Shown: positions 1-10,105 of the stretch, one piece after another
How positions within the stretch are numbered: position 1 is the stretch's first letter
Layout of the letters: each line of letters starts with the position of its first letter
NCBI GenBank assembly: GCA_038851755.1
Contig: JAWCKR010000003.1
Coordinates: 44,345 to 108,344, forward strand
DNA: 64,000 bases
Direction: 5' to 3'
Source of the DNA: Candidatus Hadarchaeales archaeon
GTDB taxonomy: Archaea > Hadarchaeota > Hadarchaeia > Hadarchaeales > WYZ-LMO6
The notes under the pieces: model-generated
The model's input: the letters and a program-made list of their open reading frames with translations, nothing else
Told to the model about the DNA's origin: nothing
Database searches by the model: none
Position numbers and translations under genes: made by a program

Positions 1-996
1 GGCTATCGCGTACAGGGCCTCCAGCGGGACCATCCAGCGGTCCAGCTGCTCCCTGCTCATACCCGAACGCTCCGCCACCCTCTCCCTGAGCAGCGCCAGG
101 TCCCTCCCGCTCTCCACGTCGATCAGGCCCGCTATCCTGGAATGCAGCTCCAGCAGCTCCTCCGGTGGCCTCTCCACTCCCGCCTCCCTCTCCAGCCTCC
201 GGAGGAGGGGTCCGAACACGGCCTCGTACACGGACGTGCTCCCCTGGGAGATCCAGGAGATCCTCTCCAGCCCGTAGCCGGTGTCCACGATCTGCAGGGG
301 GAGCTTCCTGTATTCCTTCCCCACCACCTCGTACCTCATGAAGACCAGGGTGGCCAGCTCCAGCCCCCTGGCGTTGACCTCGAAGTCCTCCCCTGCGTTC
401 CCCCCTCCCTCCCAGAGGTCCTCCACGTAGTTGAGGTCCTCCCCCTTTATCCCCAGCTCCTTGGTTAAGAACTCATGGCAGAGTTCCACCGTCCGATCGT
501 TCCAGTAAACCCTTTTCTCCCTGGTGTTGAAGGCGTGGTGCCCCCCCATGTGGAAGAGGGTGAGGTGTCTTCCCGACCTGCCCACGTTGTCTATGTCGTT
601 CAGGCGGATGCTGGGCTGGCTCACCACCAGCGGGTTGGCGGGCGGGGGCACCTGCCCGCTGGTGACCCAGGGCTGGAAGTCGGCTATGGAGGCGATGGTG
701 AGGAAGATGTCATCCCTCCACCTGGCCACCACCGGGTACCTCCTGATCACCTCGTGCCCCCTCCTTTCGAAGAACTTGAGGAAGGATCTCTCCACCTCCT
801 TCAGGGAGAGCCTCTTCCTGGTGGGTGGCCTGCCTATGAAGGAGTACTCATCGCAGGGCGTGTCGCCGCAGGTCCTCCTCTCGGGATCCAGGGTCCAGAA
901 CCACCTCCCGCACCCGGCGCACTTCCTCCTCTCGAAGCCCTCCTCCCTGAAGAGCTTCACCCTGTAGAGGCTGCCGGCCTTCTTGGAGCCCTGCAT
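1..996 (-). CDS. alaS: Alanine--tRNA ligase, archaeal type, N-terminal part (runs off the left edge)
   Basis: Not in the ORF track. Manual translation from ATG at 996 gives CxxC...FWT...CGDTPCDEYSFIG, RYPVVARWRDDIFLTIASIADFQP, GRHLTLFHMGGHHAFN and VDTGYGLER, open to base 1. Confidence 0.95.
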   Translation of the reverse strand, partial: MQGSKKAGSLYRVKLFREEGFERRKCAGCGRWFWTLDPERRTCGDTPCDEYSFIGRPPTRKRLSLKEVERSFLKFFERRGHEVIRRYPVVARWRDDIFLTIASIADFQPWVTSGQVPPPANPLVVSQPSIRLNDIDNVGRSGRHLTLFHMGGHHAFNTREKRVYWNDRTVELCHEFLTKELGIKGEDLNYVEDLWEGGGNAGEDFEVNARGLELATLVFMRYEVVGKEYRKLPLQIVDTGYGLERISWISQGSTSVYEAVFGPLLRRLEREAGVERPPEELLELHSRIAGLIDVESGRDLALLRERVAERSGMSREQLDRWMVPLEALYAIA

Positions 997-1026
997 CCCA
1001 GAATCCTCCCCTTCCGGGAGTTAAAA

Positions 1027-1953
1027 CTACCTTCCCTTCAGCGCCCCCAGGATGAGGGGGAGGCAGAGGGTGGCGTCCCCCTCCACCGTGACGTGCTTGG
1101 CCCCCCTTCCGATCTTCCCCCAGGAGATGGCCTCGTGGGTCCTGGCCCCGGAGAGGCTTCCGTCGTACTCGTGGGCGGTGGTGAGGTAGACGGCGTAGCT
1201 CAGCCCTCCCCCGAACTGGGCCCACCAGATCAGGTGGTGCTTGCTTATCCCCCCTCCCACGATGAGGGCCCCCATCCTCCTGGAGGACCACACCCTCTCG
1301 CTCAGGAGGCTCTCGTCCTTCATGGGGTCGACCTTCAGCTCGTGGTCCTGGCAGAAGGACCAGAGCTGGTAGCCCACGGCCCCGTCCGTCACTCCAGGCA
1401 CGATGACGGGGACCTTCCTCCTGTAGCACCAGTACAGGAAGGAATCGTTCTTGCGGATCCACCTGCCCAGCTCCCAGCAGAGCTCGTGGGTGGAGAGCTC
1501 CCTCCTCCCCGACCGGTAAAGCTCCTCCAGGAACCTCTGCATCTTCTCCTCTATCAGGAGGCCGTAGGAGGAGTCGGGAACGAAGACGTTCCCCAGCCTG
1601 CTGATCCCCCTCTTCCTCAGCTCCCCGTCATCCACGTGGAAACTCCCGTGGTAGTACTCCCGGTAGCTCCTGGCCAGGTCGTGGTCCAGCGTTCCGCAGG
1701 TGGTTATCACGAGGTCGAAGAAGCCCTCCCTCACGAAGTCCCTCAGCACGCCCCTGGTGCCCGTGGCCATGAGGCAGGCCGGGAAGGAGAGCATCTTGAA
1801 GCACTCCCGGTCGGAGAGCATCTCCCTGAGGATCTCCACCCCCCTGGCGAGGAGCTGGGCGTTGAAGCCCCCGCAGGACCCCATCTGCTCCATCAGGTCC
1901 GCTATCCTCGTGCGTGAGGAGACCCTGAGGTCCTTAACCGCTCGCCCCTTCAT
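1027..1953 (-). CDS. dys: Deoxyhypusine synthase
   Basis: GGGISKHH, YDGSLSGA and EAISWGK motifs. Confidence 0.95.
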   Translation of the reverse strand: MKGRAVKDLRVSSRTRIADLMEQMGSCGGFNAQLLARGVEILREMLSDRECFKMLSFPACLMATGTRGVLRDFVREGFFDLVITTCGTLDHDLARSYREYYHGSFHVDDGELRKRGISRLGNVFVPDSSYGLLIEEKMQRFLEELYRSGRRELSTHELCWELGRWIRKNDSFLYWCYRRKVPVIVPGVTDGAVGYQLWSFCQDHELKVDPMKDESLLSERVWSSRRMGALIVGGGISKHHLIWWAQFGGGLSYAVYLTTAHEYDGSLSGARTHEAISWGKIGRGAKHVTVEGDATLCLPLILGALKGR

Positions 1954-1977
1954 GAGCTCCCGTCAGAGGAAAAGGGT

Positions 1978-2286
1978 TCAGCCGAAGAGGGAGGCCAGAC
2001 CGGCCATGGCTTCCTCTTCCTTCTTCTCCTCCTCTTCCTTCTTCTCCTCCTTCTTCTCCTCGGCCTTCGGAGGAGCGGGAGCCGCCTGCGCGGCGGGTGC
2101 CACGGCCATCGCTGAGGCCCCCTTCAGGACCTCCTCGATGTTCACCCCCTCCAGCGCGGAGAGGAGGGTCTTCACCCTGGCCTCGTTCACCTCTATGCCC
2201 GCCGCCTTCAGCACGTTCGTCAGGCTCTCCTCATCGGGCTTCTTGCCCGCGGCGTGCAACAGCATCACGGCGTGCACATACTCCAA
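1978..2286 (-). CDS. rpl12: 50S ribosomal protein P1/L12
   Basis: [11 protein letters not shown] start, Ala-rich hinge, acidic tail ending GLASLFG. Confidence 0.97.
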   Translation of the reverse strand: MEYVHAVMLLHAAGKKPDEESLTNVLKAAGIEVNEARVKTLLSALEGVNIEEVLKGASAMAVAPAAQAAPAPPKAEEKKEEKKEEEEKKEEEAMAGLASLFG

Positions 2287-2329
2287 TTTTCTACCTCCTG
2301 AGAGGACTCATCCCCTTACTCTTACCCCT

Positions 2330-3202
2330 TTATGAACCTTTCCCCTCCTCCAGCTTCGAGGAGAGGTGAAGGGCCTGGAGGTGCGCCCTGGCCAGGAGCT
2401 CGGGCAGGGTCTCCCTGGTGGGGAAGGCCGGGGAGAGGGCCCTGGCCAGGGCGAGGGCGTTCAGGTGGGATTTGAGGAGCAGCTGAGGTACCGTGAGTGC
2501 GGTGGGGTATTCGAGGCCCAGGGCCAGGGCGAGGGCCTGCTGGTGCGCCCTCAGGAGTTCTCCCCTCACCACCTCCTCGTCCAGCTCGAGCAGGTCCCCC
2601 GAGTAGATCAGGCCTTCACCGTAGGCTGCCCGCAGCCTGAGGAGGAGATCCACCGGCTCCACCCCGATTTTGAGGAGGAGGTCGGCGATCTCCTTCGTAA
2701 TCACCTCCCCCGCCCTGATCACCGTGAAGTCCTCCGCGACCACCACCTTCCCAGCCTGCACCCTGGCCTTCACCCCGGCCCTCTGCAGCTCGCTGACCAC
2801 GGGCCCGGGAGGGAAGTCCGTCTCCCCGGCCTTGATGACCACTTCCGTCGAGGAGACCCTGCCCGGCTTGGCAGGGGCCTTCTCCCTCTCCTCCTTCAGG
2901 AGGCGGTTGAGCTTGACGGGGGGGAGGTCGGTGAAGAGGAGGGCGCTCTGGCCTTTCACGTGCTCCAGCAGCCCCTCCAGCCCCTTCCTCTCCTTGGAGG
3001 CCTCCGAGAGGGCCAGCCTGATGAGGGTGTTCTTGGCCACCAGGATCTCCCCCTTCCCCCTGAGCTTTTCCCTGAGCCTCTGGAAGAGGTGGGAGGGAAA
3101 GCCCTCGAAGTCCACCACGCCCACCACCTTGGAGGAGAGAAGCTTCTCCTTCAGCTCCTGCAGCGTCTCGGTCTTCCAGGCCGGGTAGGAGGTCCTCTTC
3201 AT
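2330..3202 (-). CDS. rpl10: 50S ribosomal protein L10 (P0)
   Basis: AKNTLIRLAL and AGETDFPPGP motifs; lies in the L11-L1-L10-L12 operon. Confidence 0.95.
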   Translation of the reverse strand: MKRTSYPAWKTETLQELKEKLLSSKVVGVVDFEGFPSHLFQRLREKLRGKGEILVAKNTLIRLALSEASKERKGLEGLLEHVKGQSALLFTDLPPVKLNRLLKEEREKAPAKPGRVSSTEVVIKAGETDFPPGPVVSELQRAGVKARVQAGKVVVAEDFTVIRAGEVITKEIADLLLKIGVEPVDLLLRLRAAYGEGLIYSGDLLELDEEVVRGELLRAHQQALALALGLEYPTALTVPQLLLKSHLNALALARALSPAFPTRETLPELLARAHLQALHLSSKLEEGKGS

Positions 3203-3852
3203 CCCTTCATCCCCAGTTTCACGGGTTTGCCCATGGTGGTCTTCAGGTAAACGGCCTTGATGCGCCCCTTTCCCTTCTGCAGGGCCGTCTCCAAGGCCTC
3301 CAGCACGCTGAGGGCGTTCTCCGCCACCTTCTCCTCGGGCATCTCCTCGCTCCCTATCCTGGCCCTGATGGCGGGCTGGTCCCTGGTCCTGAGGAAGAGG
3401 AGCTTGCGGTACCTTTCCAGGACCTGCTGCAGGTTCACGTTCGGGGGCAGGGGCTTCGGGATCTTGTCCCTCGGGCCCAGGATGCGTCCGAGCAGCCTCC
3501 CGGCGAGGGGCATGAGGTCCGGCTGCGCCAGGAACACATCGTACTCCCTGGCCAGCCTCTTGGCCTTCTTGGGGTTCTTCCCCAGCTCCTCCAGCTCCGC
3601 CCTGGAGAGCACCAGGTCGGCTCCAGCCTCCTTCGCCCTGAGGGCCATCTCACCCTCCGCGAAGAGGGCCACCTTCCTCTTCCTGCCGTTGCCGTGGGGC
3701 AGGAGGGCCTCGAAGGAGATCCTCTCCTCCGTCTTCTTCAGGTCGAGGTTCTCCAGCGTCACCTGCAGCTCCAAACCCTGCTTGAACTTCCTACCTTTCC
3801 CGGCCTCCTTTGCCTGTTTCACGGCCTCCTTCAGGGCCTCCTTCGAGATCAT
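3199..3852 (-). CDS. rpl1: 50S ribosomal protein L1
   Basis: LGRILGPR and KTTMGKPV motifs; operon context. Confidence 0.95.
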   Translation of the reverse strand: MISKEALKEAVKQAKEAGKGRKFKQGLELQVTLENLDLKKTEERISFEALLPHGNGRKRKVALFAEGEMALRAKEAGADLVLSRAELEELGKNPKKAKRLAREYDVFLAQPDLMPLAGRLLGRILGPRDKIPKPLPPNVNLQQVLERYRKLLFLRTRDQPAIRARIGSEEMPEEKVAENALSVLEALETALQKGKGRIKAVYLKTTMGKPVKLGMKG

Positions 3853-4313
3853 TTCAGTTCCTCCTCGTACTTTCCTTCCTCTATCTCCCTCTGGACCTCC
3901 CTGGGGTCCTTACCCTCCACCGTCACCCCCATGCTCTTGCAGGTGCCCAGCACCTCCTTCACCTTGCTCTTCAGGTTCTTCCCCCCCTTCTCCTTGGCGA
4001 TCTTGACCACCTGTGAGAGGGAGAGGTTGCCCACGGTTTCCTTCCCCGCGGTCTTGGCCCCCTTCTCCACCCCCAGCTCCCTCTTCACCAGGACGGAGAC
4101 GGGCGGGGAGCCCACCTCCACCTGGAACTCCTTGGTCTTACGGTCCACGGTGAGGATGACGGGGACCTTCATCCCGCTGAACTTGGAGGTGGCCTGGTTT
4201 ATCCTCTGGACCACCTGCCCCACGTTCACCCCCAGCGGTCCCAGGGCGGGTCCGAGCGGGGGGCCGGGGTTGGCCTTCCCGCCTTCCACCAGAAGCTTTA
4301 TCCGGGCTTTCAT
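3849..4313 (-). CDS. rpl11: 50S ribosomal protein L11
   Basis: [18 protein letters not shown] and GTCKSMGV motifs. Confidence 0.97.
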   Translation of the reverse strand: MKARIKLLVEGGKANPGPPLGPALGPLGVNVGQVVQRINQATSKFSGMKVPVILTVDRKTKEFQVEVGSPPVSVLVKRELGVEKGAKTAGKETVGNLSLSQVVKIAKEKGGKNLKSKVKEVLGTCKSMGVTVEGKDPREVQREIEEGKYEEELK

Positions 4314-4366
4314 CGAAACACCACCCTCTCATCCGCTAAAAAGCTTCCTTTCAGGGCCCTGCGAAC

Positions 4367-4849
4367 TCACTTCTCCTCGGCGCCTTTCTTCTGTATCACC
4401 TTCACGGACTCCGACTTGACGGTCACGGGTATGGGCACGGTGGCTTCGAAGAACTCCACTGTGACCTCCTCCTTCTCCTTGTCCACCTGCACGATCCTAG
4501 CCCTCTCCCCCTTGAAAGGCCCGGAGGAGATCTCCACGAGGTCCCCCACCTCCATCCTCGTCACGGAGGGTTTGGGGACGAGGTACTGCTCCAGCTCTTC
4601 CATCGAGAGCTCACCCGAGACCATGCCCCTGGCGTGCTTCACCCCCGTTCTGGCCTTCTCCACCGAGCTCCTCCCGTAGGCCTCCACGAAGAGGTATCCC
4701 GAGAGGTTGGCCGGGGCCATCACGGCCAGGATGGGGAGGTTCTGCTTCTTGGCGTGGGTGATGAGCACGTCCGCCGTGTTCTTCTCCTGCCCCACCGTGA
4801 CCCTTATGGCGTAGATGGAGGGCCGCTGGGCTTCCTCCTTCTCCTCCAA
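4367..4849 (-). CDS. spt5: Transcription elongation factor Spt5
   Basis: NGN domain (GQEK, GYLFVE) plus KOW domain (GDLVEISSGPFKGE). Confidence 0.95.
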   Translation of the reverse strand: MEEKEEAQRPSIYAIRVTVGQEKNTADVLITHAKKQNLPILAVMAPANLSGYLFVEAYGRSSVEKARTGVKHARGMVSGELSMEELEQYLVPKPSVTRMEVGDLVEISSGPFKGERARIVQVDKEKEEVTVEFFEATVPIPVTVKSESVKVIQKKGAEEK

Positions 4850-4852
4850 GCT

Positions 4853-5020
4853 TCAGCCACCCCCTAGGATGAGGTAGCCCACCGACATGATGAGGAACCC
4901 CACCACGCCGATGAGCAGCACCCCCAGGCCCGTGACCTTGGAGGCCTCCGTGAACTCCTCCTGGCTGGGTTTCCTGGCTATCAGGAGGACACGCTTCATC
5001 TCGCTCAGCCTGAGGGTCAT
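4853..5020 (-). CDS. secE: Protein translocase SecE (Sec61 gamma)
   Basis: Below the ORF-track cutoff. Translates [45 protein letters not shown]...; conserved ftsZ-secE-spt5 order. Confidence 0.92.
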   Translation of the reverse strand: MTLRLSEMKRVLLIARKPSQEEFTEASKVTGLGVLLIGVVGFLIMSVGYLILGGG

Positions 5021-6129
5021 ATGCTCTTCAGCCCCAGGTCTATCTGCTCGGGTCTGAGCTTGGGAGTGGGCGGTTTCGCCTGGGAGTGCGGCGAGTACAC
5101 CCCCGTGACCACCAGCAGGACCCTGAGGTTGTTCTTCATCTCCTCATAGATCTGGGCCCCGCATATCACGTACGCTTCGGGGTCGAGCACCTCCGAGACC
5201 TTGCCGAAGACCTTCCCGGCCTCGCTGAGGGTGAGGCTCGGTCCCCCCACCACGTTGATCAGGGCGCGCTTGCCCCCGGAGATGTCCGCCTCCAGCAGAG
5301 GACTGTGGATGGCCTCCTCCACCGCCTCTTCCGCCCTGTTCTCCGCGTCTGACTCCCCTATCCCTATCAGGGCAGTTCCGCTGTCCTTCAGGACGGTCTC
5401 CAAATCCGCGAAGTCCAGGTTGATGAGCCCCGGTTTCGTTATGGTCTCCGTTATGCCTTTCACGGCGTTCATGATGATCTGATCGGCCACCTTGAAGGCC
5501 GCCCCCATGGGCAGTCCTGGGGCCAGCTCCAGAAGCTTGTCGTTGGGGATCACGATCACCGCGTCCACGTTCTGCTTGAGCCTCTCCAGCCCGGTCCTGG
5601 CGTTGAGCATCCTCCTGTTTCCCTCCACCCTGAAGGGGAGGGTCACCACGGCCACGGTGAGGGCGTCGAGCTTCTTGGCGATCTCGGCCACCACCGGCGC
5701 CGCCCCCGTTCCCGTTCCCCCTCCCAGCCCGCAGGTGATGAAGATCATGTCTGCCCCATACAGGTGGTCTTTTATCAGGTCCTCGTCCTCGCGGGCCGCT
5801 TGCTCCCCCTTGGAGGGGTCGGCCCCAGCCCCCAGGCCTCCGGTGGTCTGTTTGCCTATCAGCAGCTTCCGGTCGGCAAGCGTGTAGAGGAGGTCCTGGG
5901 CGTCCGTGTTGATGGCGATGGTCTCGGCCCCGTAAATTCCCACCTCCATCATCCTGGAGAGCGTGTTTCCCCCGCTCCCCCCGCACCCGACCACCAGGGT
6001 TTTCACTGTCGCCTTTTCCTGGATTTCCTTCAGCTCCTGATCGGTGTATCCCTTGCCCCCCGGTTTGGCCACCTTGCCCAGGTCAGAGATGCCTGGCTTC
6101 ACAGGATTCGCGGAGGATGAGGCACTCAT
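5017..6129 (-). CDS. ftsZ: Cell division protein FtsZ
   Basis: [12 protein letters not shown] signature and INLDFAD; start placed at ATG 6129. Confidence 0.97.
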   Translation of the reverse strand: MSASSSANPVKPGISDLGKVAKPGGKGYTDQELKEIQEKATVKTLVVGCGGSGGNTLSRMMEVGIYGAETIAINTDAQDLLYTLADRKLLIGKQTTGGLGAGADPSKGEQAAREDEDLIKDHLYGADMIFITCGLGGGTGTGAAPVVAEIAKKLDALTVAVVTLPFRVEGNRRMLNARTGLERLKQNVDAVIVIPNDKLLELAPGLPMGAAFKVADQIIMNAVKGITETITKPGLINLDFADLETVLKDSGTALIGIGESDAENRAEEAVEEAIHSPLLEADISGGKRALINVVGGPSLTLSEAGKVFGKVSEVLDPEAYVICGAQIYEEMKNNLRVLLVVTGVYSPHSQAKPPTPKLRPEQIDLGLKSI

Positions 6130-6158
6130 CGTCTCAGTGAAGAGAGGTTTTTTTGGTT

Positions 6159-6971
6159 TTAAACCTTTTGAGAAAGAGACTGTTTCACCGTGAGTCTGGT
6201 TATCCCCAGCTCCCTCGAGGCCTCCACCACCACTTTCTTCTGCTCGGAGTTCAGTCCCTCCTCGTCCGAGAGGATGAGCCCCGCTCCCCCTCGGGTTTTT
6301 AGGACGGCCTCCCGGAGCAAAGCCCTGGTGAGGGGGGCATACTTGGGCAAGAGGTGCCCCACCCAGTACTTGGTCTTGAGGACCGCCTCCGTGTGCCTGG
6401 GGGCGTAGTGGGGCCCTCCCACCCCTACCGCCCTGAGGCACTCTGCAGGGGGTGAGAGAACGGCCCTCGCCACTGCCTCCCCTGCTTCTCCCCTGACCCA
6501 CTCCTCCTTTTCGCTCCCTATCTCCACGAAGGTCACGGGCACGCTAAGGCCGGTGGGACCGTGGTGCGTGGCCTCCAGGCACACCCGGTGGGGCAGGTCC
6601 ATCTCCTCCTTCACGAGCTGGAGGGAGCGGAGGATGGAGCCCACCGTCTCGGGTTTTGCCACCGCCAGCCTCCCCTCTGCGGGCTCCCCAGGGACATGCA
6701 CGGAGAGGGTGGGGATGCCAGAGGTGCTGGCGTGTCTGGAGAGGACCAGCACCTCGCTGGCCGGGAAGGGGAGGGACTCCATCCTCAGGGGATCCCCCTC
6801 GAAGGGCAGGAGCACGGAGTCGCCGTACCGGTAGACCTTTCCAAGCTTTTGGAAAGGATAGAGCTTGAGGAGGTGTCGGCAGATGTTTTCCGCCGCCGGG
6901 TCCTTCAGCGAGGCCAGAAGCAGCCTGGTGCCCCTTTCTTGCCCCCTTCTCCCCTCGGAAGGAGAATTCAT
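6159..6971 (-). CDS. dtdA: D-aminoacyl-tRNA deacylase, archaeal DTD2 type
   Basis: SRH, EATHHGPT, FVEIGS and GGPHYAP motifs; usual neighbour of ftsZ. Confidence 0.88.
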   Translation of the reverse strand: MNSPSEGRRGQERGTRLLLASLKDPAAENICRHLLKLYPFQKLGKVYRYGDSVLLPFEGDPLRMESLPFPASEVLVLSRHASTSGIPTLSVHVPGEPAEGRLAVAKPETVGSILRSLQLVKEEMDLPHRVCLEATHHGPTGLSVPVTFVEIGSEKEEWVRGEAGEAVARAVLSPPAECLRAVGVGGPHYAPRHTEAVLKTKYWVGHLLPKYAPLTRALLREAVLKTRGGAGLILSDEEGLNSEQKKVVVEASRELGITRLTVKQSLSQKV

Positions 6972-8860
6972 TTTCCCTTCTTCAGGAGACTCTTGAACTC
7001 ATCCACCACGGCAGGGTCCTCTATGGTGGAATAGTCACCCAGTGGCTGGTCGGACAGGAGGGCCCTGATGAGCCTCCTCATAATTTTCCCGCTCCTGGTC
7101 TTGGGCAGCCTGTTCACGAAGAAGAAACCCCCGAACACTATGAGGGGGCCCATCAGGTTCCTCACCTTCTCCCTTATCTCCTCCTTGAGCCTCTCGGAGG
7201 GTGAGAAGCCTCCCTTCAGCACCACGAAGGCGCAGGCCACCTCCTTCCTCACGGGATCAGGCATCCCCACCACAGCAGCCTCCGCCACCGCGGGGTGGGA
7301 GAGGAGGGCGCTCTCCACCTCGATGGCCCCTATCCTGTGCCCCGAGATCTTTATCACCTCGTCCGTTCTGGCGATGAACCAGAGGTATCCGTCCTCGTCC
7401 TTCTTGGCGGCGTCACCCGTGTAGTAGTAGGGAGGAATCCTGTTCCAGTACTCTTCCACGTACCTGCCTTCAGCCCTCCACAGGGTCTGGATGAGGCCGG
7501 GGAAGGGCTTCTTGACGACGAAGATTCCCTCCACCCCGGGAGGAACGGGATTACCCTTCTCGTCCACCACCTCCCCCTCCACGCCAGGCAGGGGAATGGT
7601 GGCCGACCCTGGCTTGATGGGGAGGAGGGAGATACCGTACGGGTTCCCCACGATGGGTCCTCCCGTCTCGGTCTGCCACATGTGGTCCACCACGGGTGCC
7701 CTGTCCTTCAGCACCGTTTTCTGCAACCACTCCCAGGCAGGGGGATTGAGGGGTTCCCCGGCGGAGGCCACGAACTTGATGGAGCTGAGGTCGTGTTTGG
7801 AGGGGAGCTCATCCCCGTACTTCATGAGGGTGCGGATGAGGGTGGGCGAGACCCACATCTTAGTGACCTTGTGTTTCTCCACCAGCTTCCAGAGGATGTC
7901 GGGGGAGGGATAGTCTGGGGTACCCTCGTACATCAGGGTGGTGGCTCCCGCCAGCAGGGGCCCGAAGAGCACGTAGCTGGATCCCACGATCCAGCCTATG
8001 TCGGAGAGGCAGAACCACACGTCCTTCTCCTCCAGCCCGTAGACCCACTTCCCCATGGCGTACACGTAGACCTGGTATCCTCCGTGCGTGTGCAGGGCCC
8101 CCTTGGGCTTGGCGGTGGTTCCTGAGGTGTAGAGGATGAAGGCGGGTTCGTTTGCCTCCATGGGGACCAGTTCCGCATCCTCCTTCTTTCCCAGCTTCAG
8201 GGCCTCGTCCCAGTAGAGGTCCCTTCCCTCCTTCATCTCCGCACCCTTTCCCCTCCTCAGGACCACCACCTTCTCCACCCGGTTGGGGGACTCCAGTGCC
8301 CTGTCCACGATTTCCTTCAGGTGGATGGGGGTTCCCCTGCGGTAGGCGAGGTCGGAGGTGAGCACCACCTTCGCGTCGGCGTCGGCTATCCTCTCGGCCA
8401 ACGCGTGGTACCCGAAGCCGGCGAAGACGGGGGAGTAGATAGCCCCTATCCTGAGGCAGGAGAGGATTCCTATCGCCGCTTCGGGGACCATGGGCATGTA
8501 GAGGGTTACCCTGTCACCCTTCTTCACCCCCATAGCCCTCAGGACGGAGGAGAACCTCTTCACCTCCTCCAGGAGCTCTCTGTAGGTCAGAAGCTTGCTT
8601 TCTCCCGTCTCAGCTGACTCCCAGATCAGGGCGGGCTTGTTGCCCCTTCCCTTTTCCACCTGGCGGTCCAAGCAGTTGTAGGAGATGTTGGTGGTCCCCC
8701 CCACGAACCATTTGAAGAAGGGGTACTTCCCCTTCTCGAAGACCTTTTGGTATTTCTCGAACCAGTGGAGCTCCTCCGCCACCTTGCCCCACAGCTTCTC
8801 AGGGTTCTTTCTCCCCAGCTCCATCATTTTCTGGAGTTCTGGCGGTAGAGTGAGGGCCAT
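6968..8860 (-). CDS. acs: AMP-forming acetate/propionate--CoA ligase
   Basis: YTSGTTAKPKG, WQTETGG and LPKTRSGKIMRR motifs. Confidence 0.9.
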   Translation of the reverse strand: MALTLPPELQKMMELGRKNPEKLWGKVAEELHWFEKYQKVFEKGKYPFFKWFVGGTTNISYNCLDRQVEKGRGNKPALIWESAETGESKLLTYRELLEEVKRFSSVLRAMGVKKGDRVTLYMPMVPEAAIGILSCLRIGAIYSPVFAGFGYHALAERIADADAKVVLTSDLAYRRGTPIHLKEIVDRALESPNRVEKVVVLRRGKGAEMKEGRDLYWDEALKLGKKEDAELVPMEANEPAFILYTSGTTAKPKGALHTHGGYQVYVYAMGKWVYGLEEKDVWFCLSDIGWIVGSSYVLFGPLLAGATTLMYEGTPDYPSPDILWKLVEKHKVTKMWVSPTLIRTLMKYGDELPSKHDLSSIKFVASAGEPLNPPAWEWLQKTVLKDRAPVVDHMWQTETGGPIVGNPYGISLLPIKPGSATIPLPGVEGEVVDEKGNPVPPGVEGIFVVKKPFPGLIQTLWRAEGRYVEEYWNRIPPYYYTGDAAKKDEDGYLWFIARTDEVIKISGHRIGAIEVESALLSHPAVAEAAVVGMPDPVRKEVACAFVVLKGGFSPSERLKEEIREKVRNLMGPLIVFGGFFFVNRLPKTRSGKIMRRLIRALLSDQPLGDYSTIEDPAVVDEFKSLLKKGK

Positions 8861-8898
8861 CCTCCCCCTTTTCTCCCCTCCCTTAAAAAGGTGCTTGC

Positions 8899-9963
8899 CT
8901 AACTCTTTCCAGCCTTCACTATCTTGTAGCCGGAAGCTTTCCTCAGCCTGTTCATCACGGCCACTCCCAGTCCCCGGAGGGGCACACCCTCGGCCAGGAT
9001 CACCTCCACCCCCTGAGCCTCCAGCTCTCGAAGGGCCCCGAAGAGCCTTCTGGCAGCTTCCCTCGGCTCCCCCCTTCTTCCCAGCGAGGCCGAGGCCTCG
9101 GCCCTGCAGCGGGAAAGGGTTTCCTCCGTGGCCAGGATTCCCACTTTCTTGCCCTTTCTCTTAAGCTCCCCTGCCAGCTCCGACAGCTTCTCCTCCACCG
9201 CTTCCGGCTCCCCCTCCACCACCCACATCTCCGCGCTGGGGGCGTAGTGCCTGTGCTTCATGCCCGGCGATTTGGCCCTTTCCACCTCCACCTCCCTCTC
9301 GGCCAAGGCGGAAGGATGGAAGAACACCTCCCCCAGCACCTCCTCCAGGGCCTCTCTGGGAGTTCCCCCTGGGCGGAGGATCTGGGGTGGCGTGACCGTG
9401 AGGTCGAGCACCGTGGATTCCACCCCCACCGCCGTGGGGCCCGCGTCGAGGATCAGGTCTATCCTCCCCTCCAGGTCCTGCAGCACGTGTTCAGCCCTCG
9501 TGGGGCTGGGTCTTCCCGCCAGGTTGGCACTGGGGGCGGCCACGGGGGTACCGCTCCTGCGGATGAGGGCCAGGGCCACTGCGTGGTTGGGCATGCGTAG
9601 GGCTATCGTTTCCAGCCCGCAGGTGGTGACGGAGGGAACGGAGGGCGAGCGCTTCAGGACCAGCGTGAGGGGTCCGGGCCAGAACCTCTCCACCAGCCTT
9701 TCCGCCTGCGGGGGCACCTCCACCGCCAGGCGGTGGAGTTCCTCAGGATTCCCCACGTGCACGATGGGGGGGTTGTCCAGCGGCCTCTTCTTGGCCTCAA
9801 AGAGGGAGAGCACGGCCTTGGGGTTGAGGGCGTCGGCCCCGAGCCCGTACACGGTCTCTGTGGGGAAGGCCACGAGACCACCCTCTCTCAGCTTCTTGGC
9901 CGCCACCTCGATCTTCTCGGGGTCGGGGTTCCGTGGATCCACCTTCAGGACCAGCGTCTTCAT
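8899..9963 (-). CDS. sua5: L-threonylcarbamoyladenylate synthase Sua5
   Basis: FPTETVYGLG, APSANL, GVEST and PGMKHRHYAP motifs plus C-terminal SUA5 domain. Confidence 0.96.
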   Translation of the reverse strand: MKTLVLKVDPRNPDPEKIEVAAKKLREGGLVAFPTETVYGLGADALNPKAVLSLFEAKKRPLDNPPIVHVGNPEELHRLAVEVPPQAERLVERFWPGPLTLVLKRSPSVPSVTTCGLETIALRMPNHAVALALIRRSGTPVAAPSANLAGRPSPTRAEHVLQDLEGRIDLILDAGPTAVGVESTVLDLTVTPPQILRPGGTPREALEEVLGEVFFHPSALAEREVEVERAKSPGMKHRHYAPSAEMWVVEGEPEAVEEKLSELAGELKRKGKKVGILATEETLSRCRAEASASLGRRGEPREAARRLFGALRELEAQGVEVILAEGVPLRGLGVAVMNRLRKASGYKIVKAGKS

Positions 9964-10004
9964 CCCCGTTCCTTCTACCGTGGAGTAAAAGAAGTCAGCG
10001 AGGG

Positions 10005-10080
10005 TGGTGGGCCCGCTGGGATTCGAACCCAGGATCTTCGCCTCGTCAAGGCGACGTCATAGCCGCTAGACCACGGGCCC
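10005..10080 (-). tRNA. tRNA-Val(GAC)
   Basis: Cloverleaf GGGCCCG...TCGCC-TTGACGA-GGCGA...GTTCGAATC...GGGCCCACCA. Confidence 0.96.
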
Positions 10081-10105
10081 CCATCTCCTCTCTCTCCCCC
10101 CGTTT

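Noticed and set aside
475-1917. Long antisense ORFs (480 aa here; also 25447-27705 and 30316-31908)
   Set aside because: Shadow frames of well-supported genes in GC-rich DNA, with no recognisable motifs
6130-6501. N-terminal extensions of ftsZ in the ORF track (likewise psmB, iorB, DUF47, DUF998 and the HdrD-like gene)
   Set aside because: They overlap neighbouring genes; homology starts at downstream start codons
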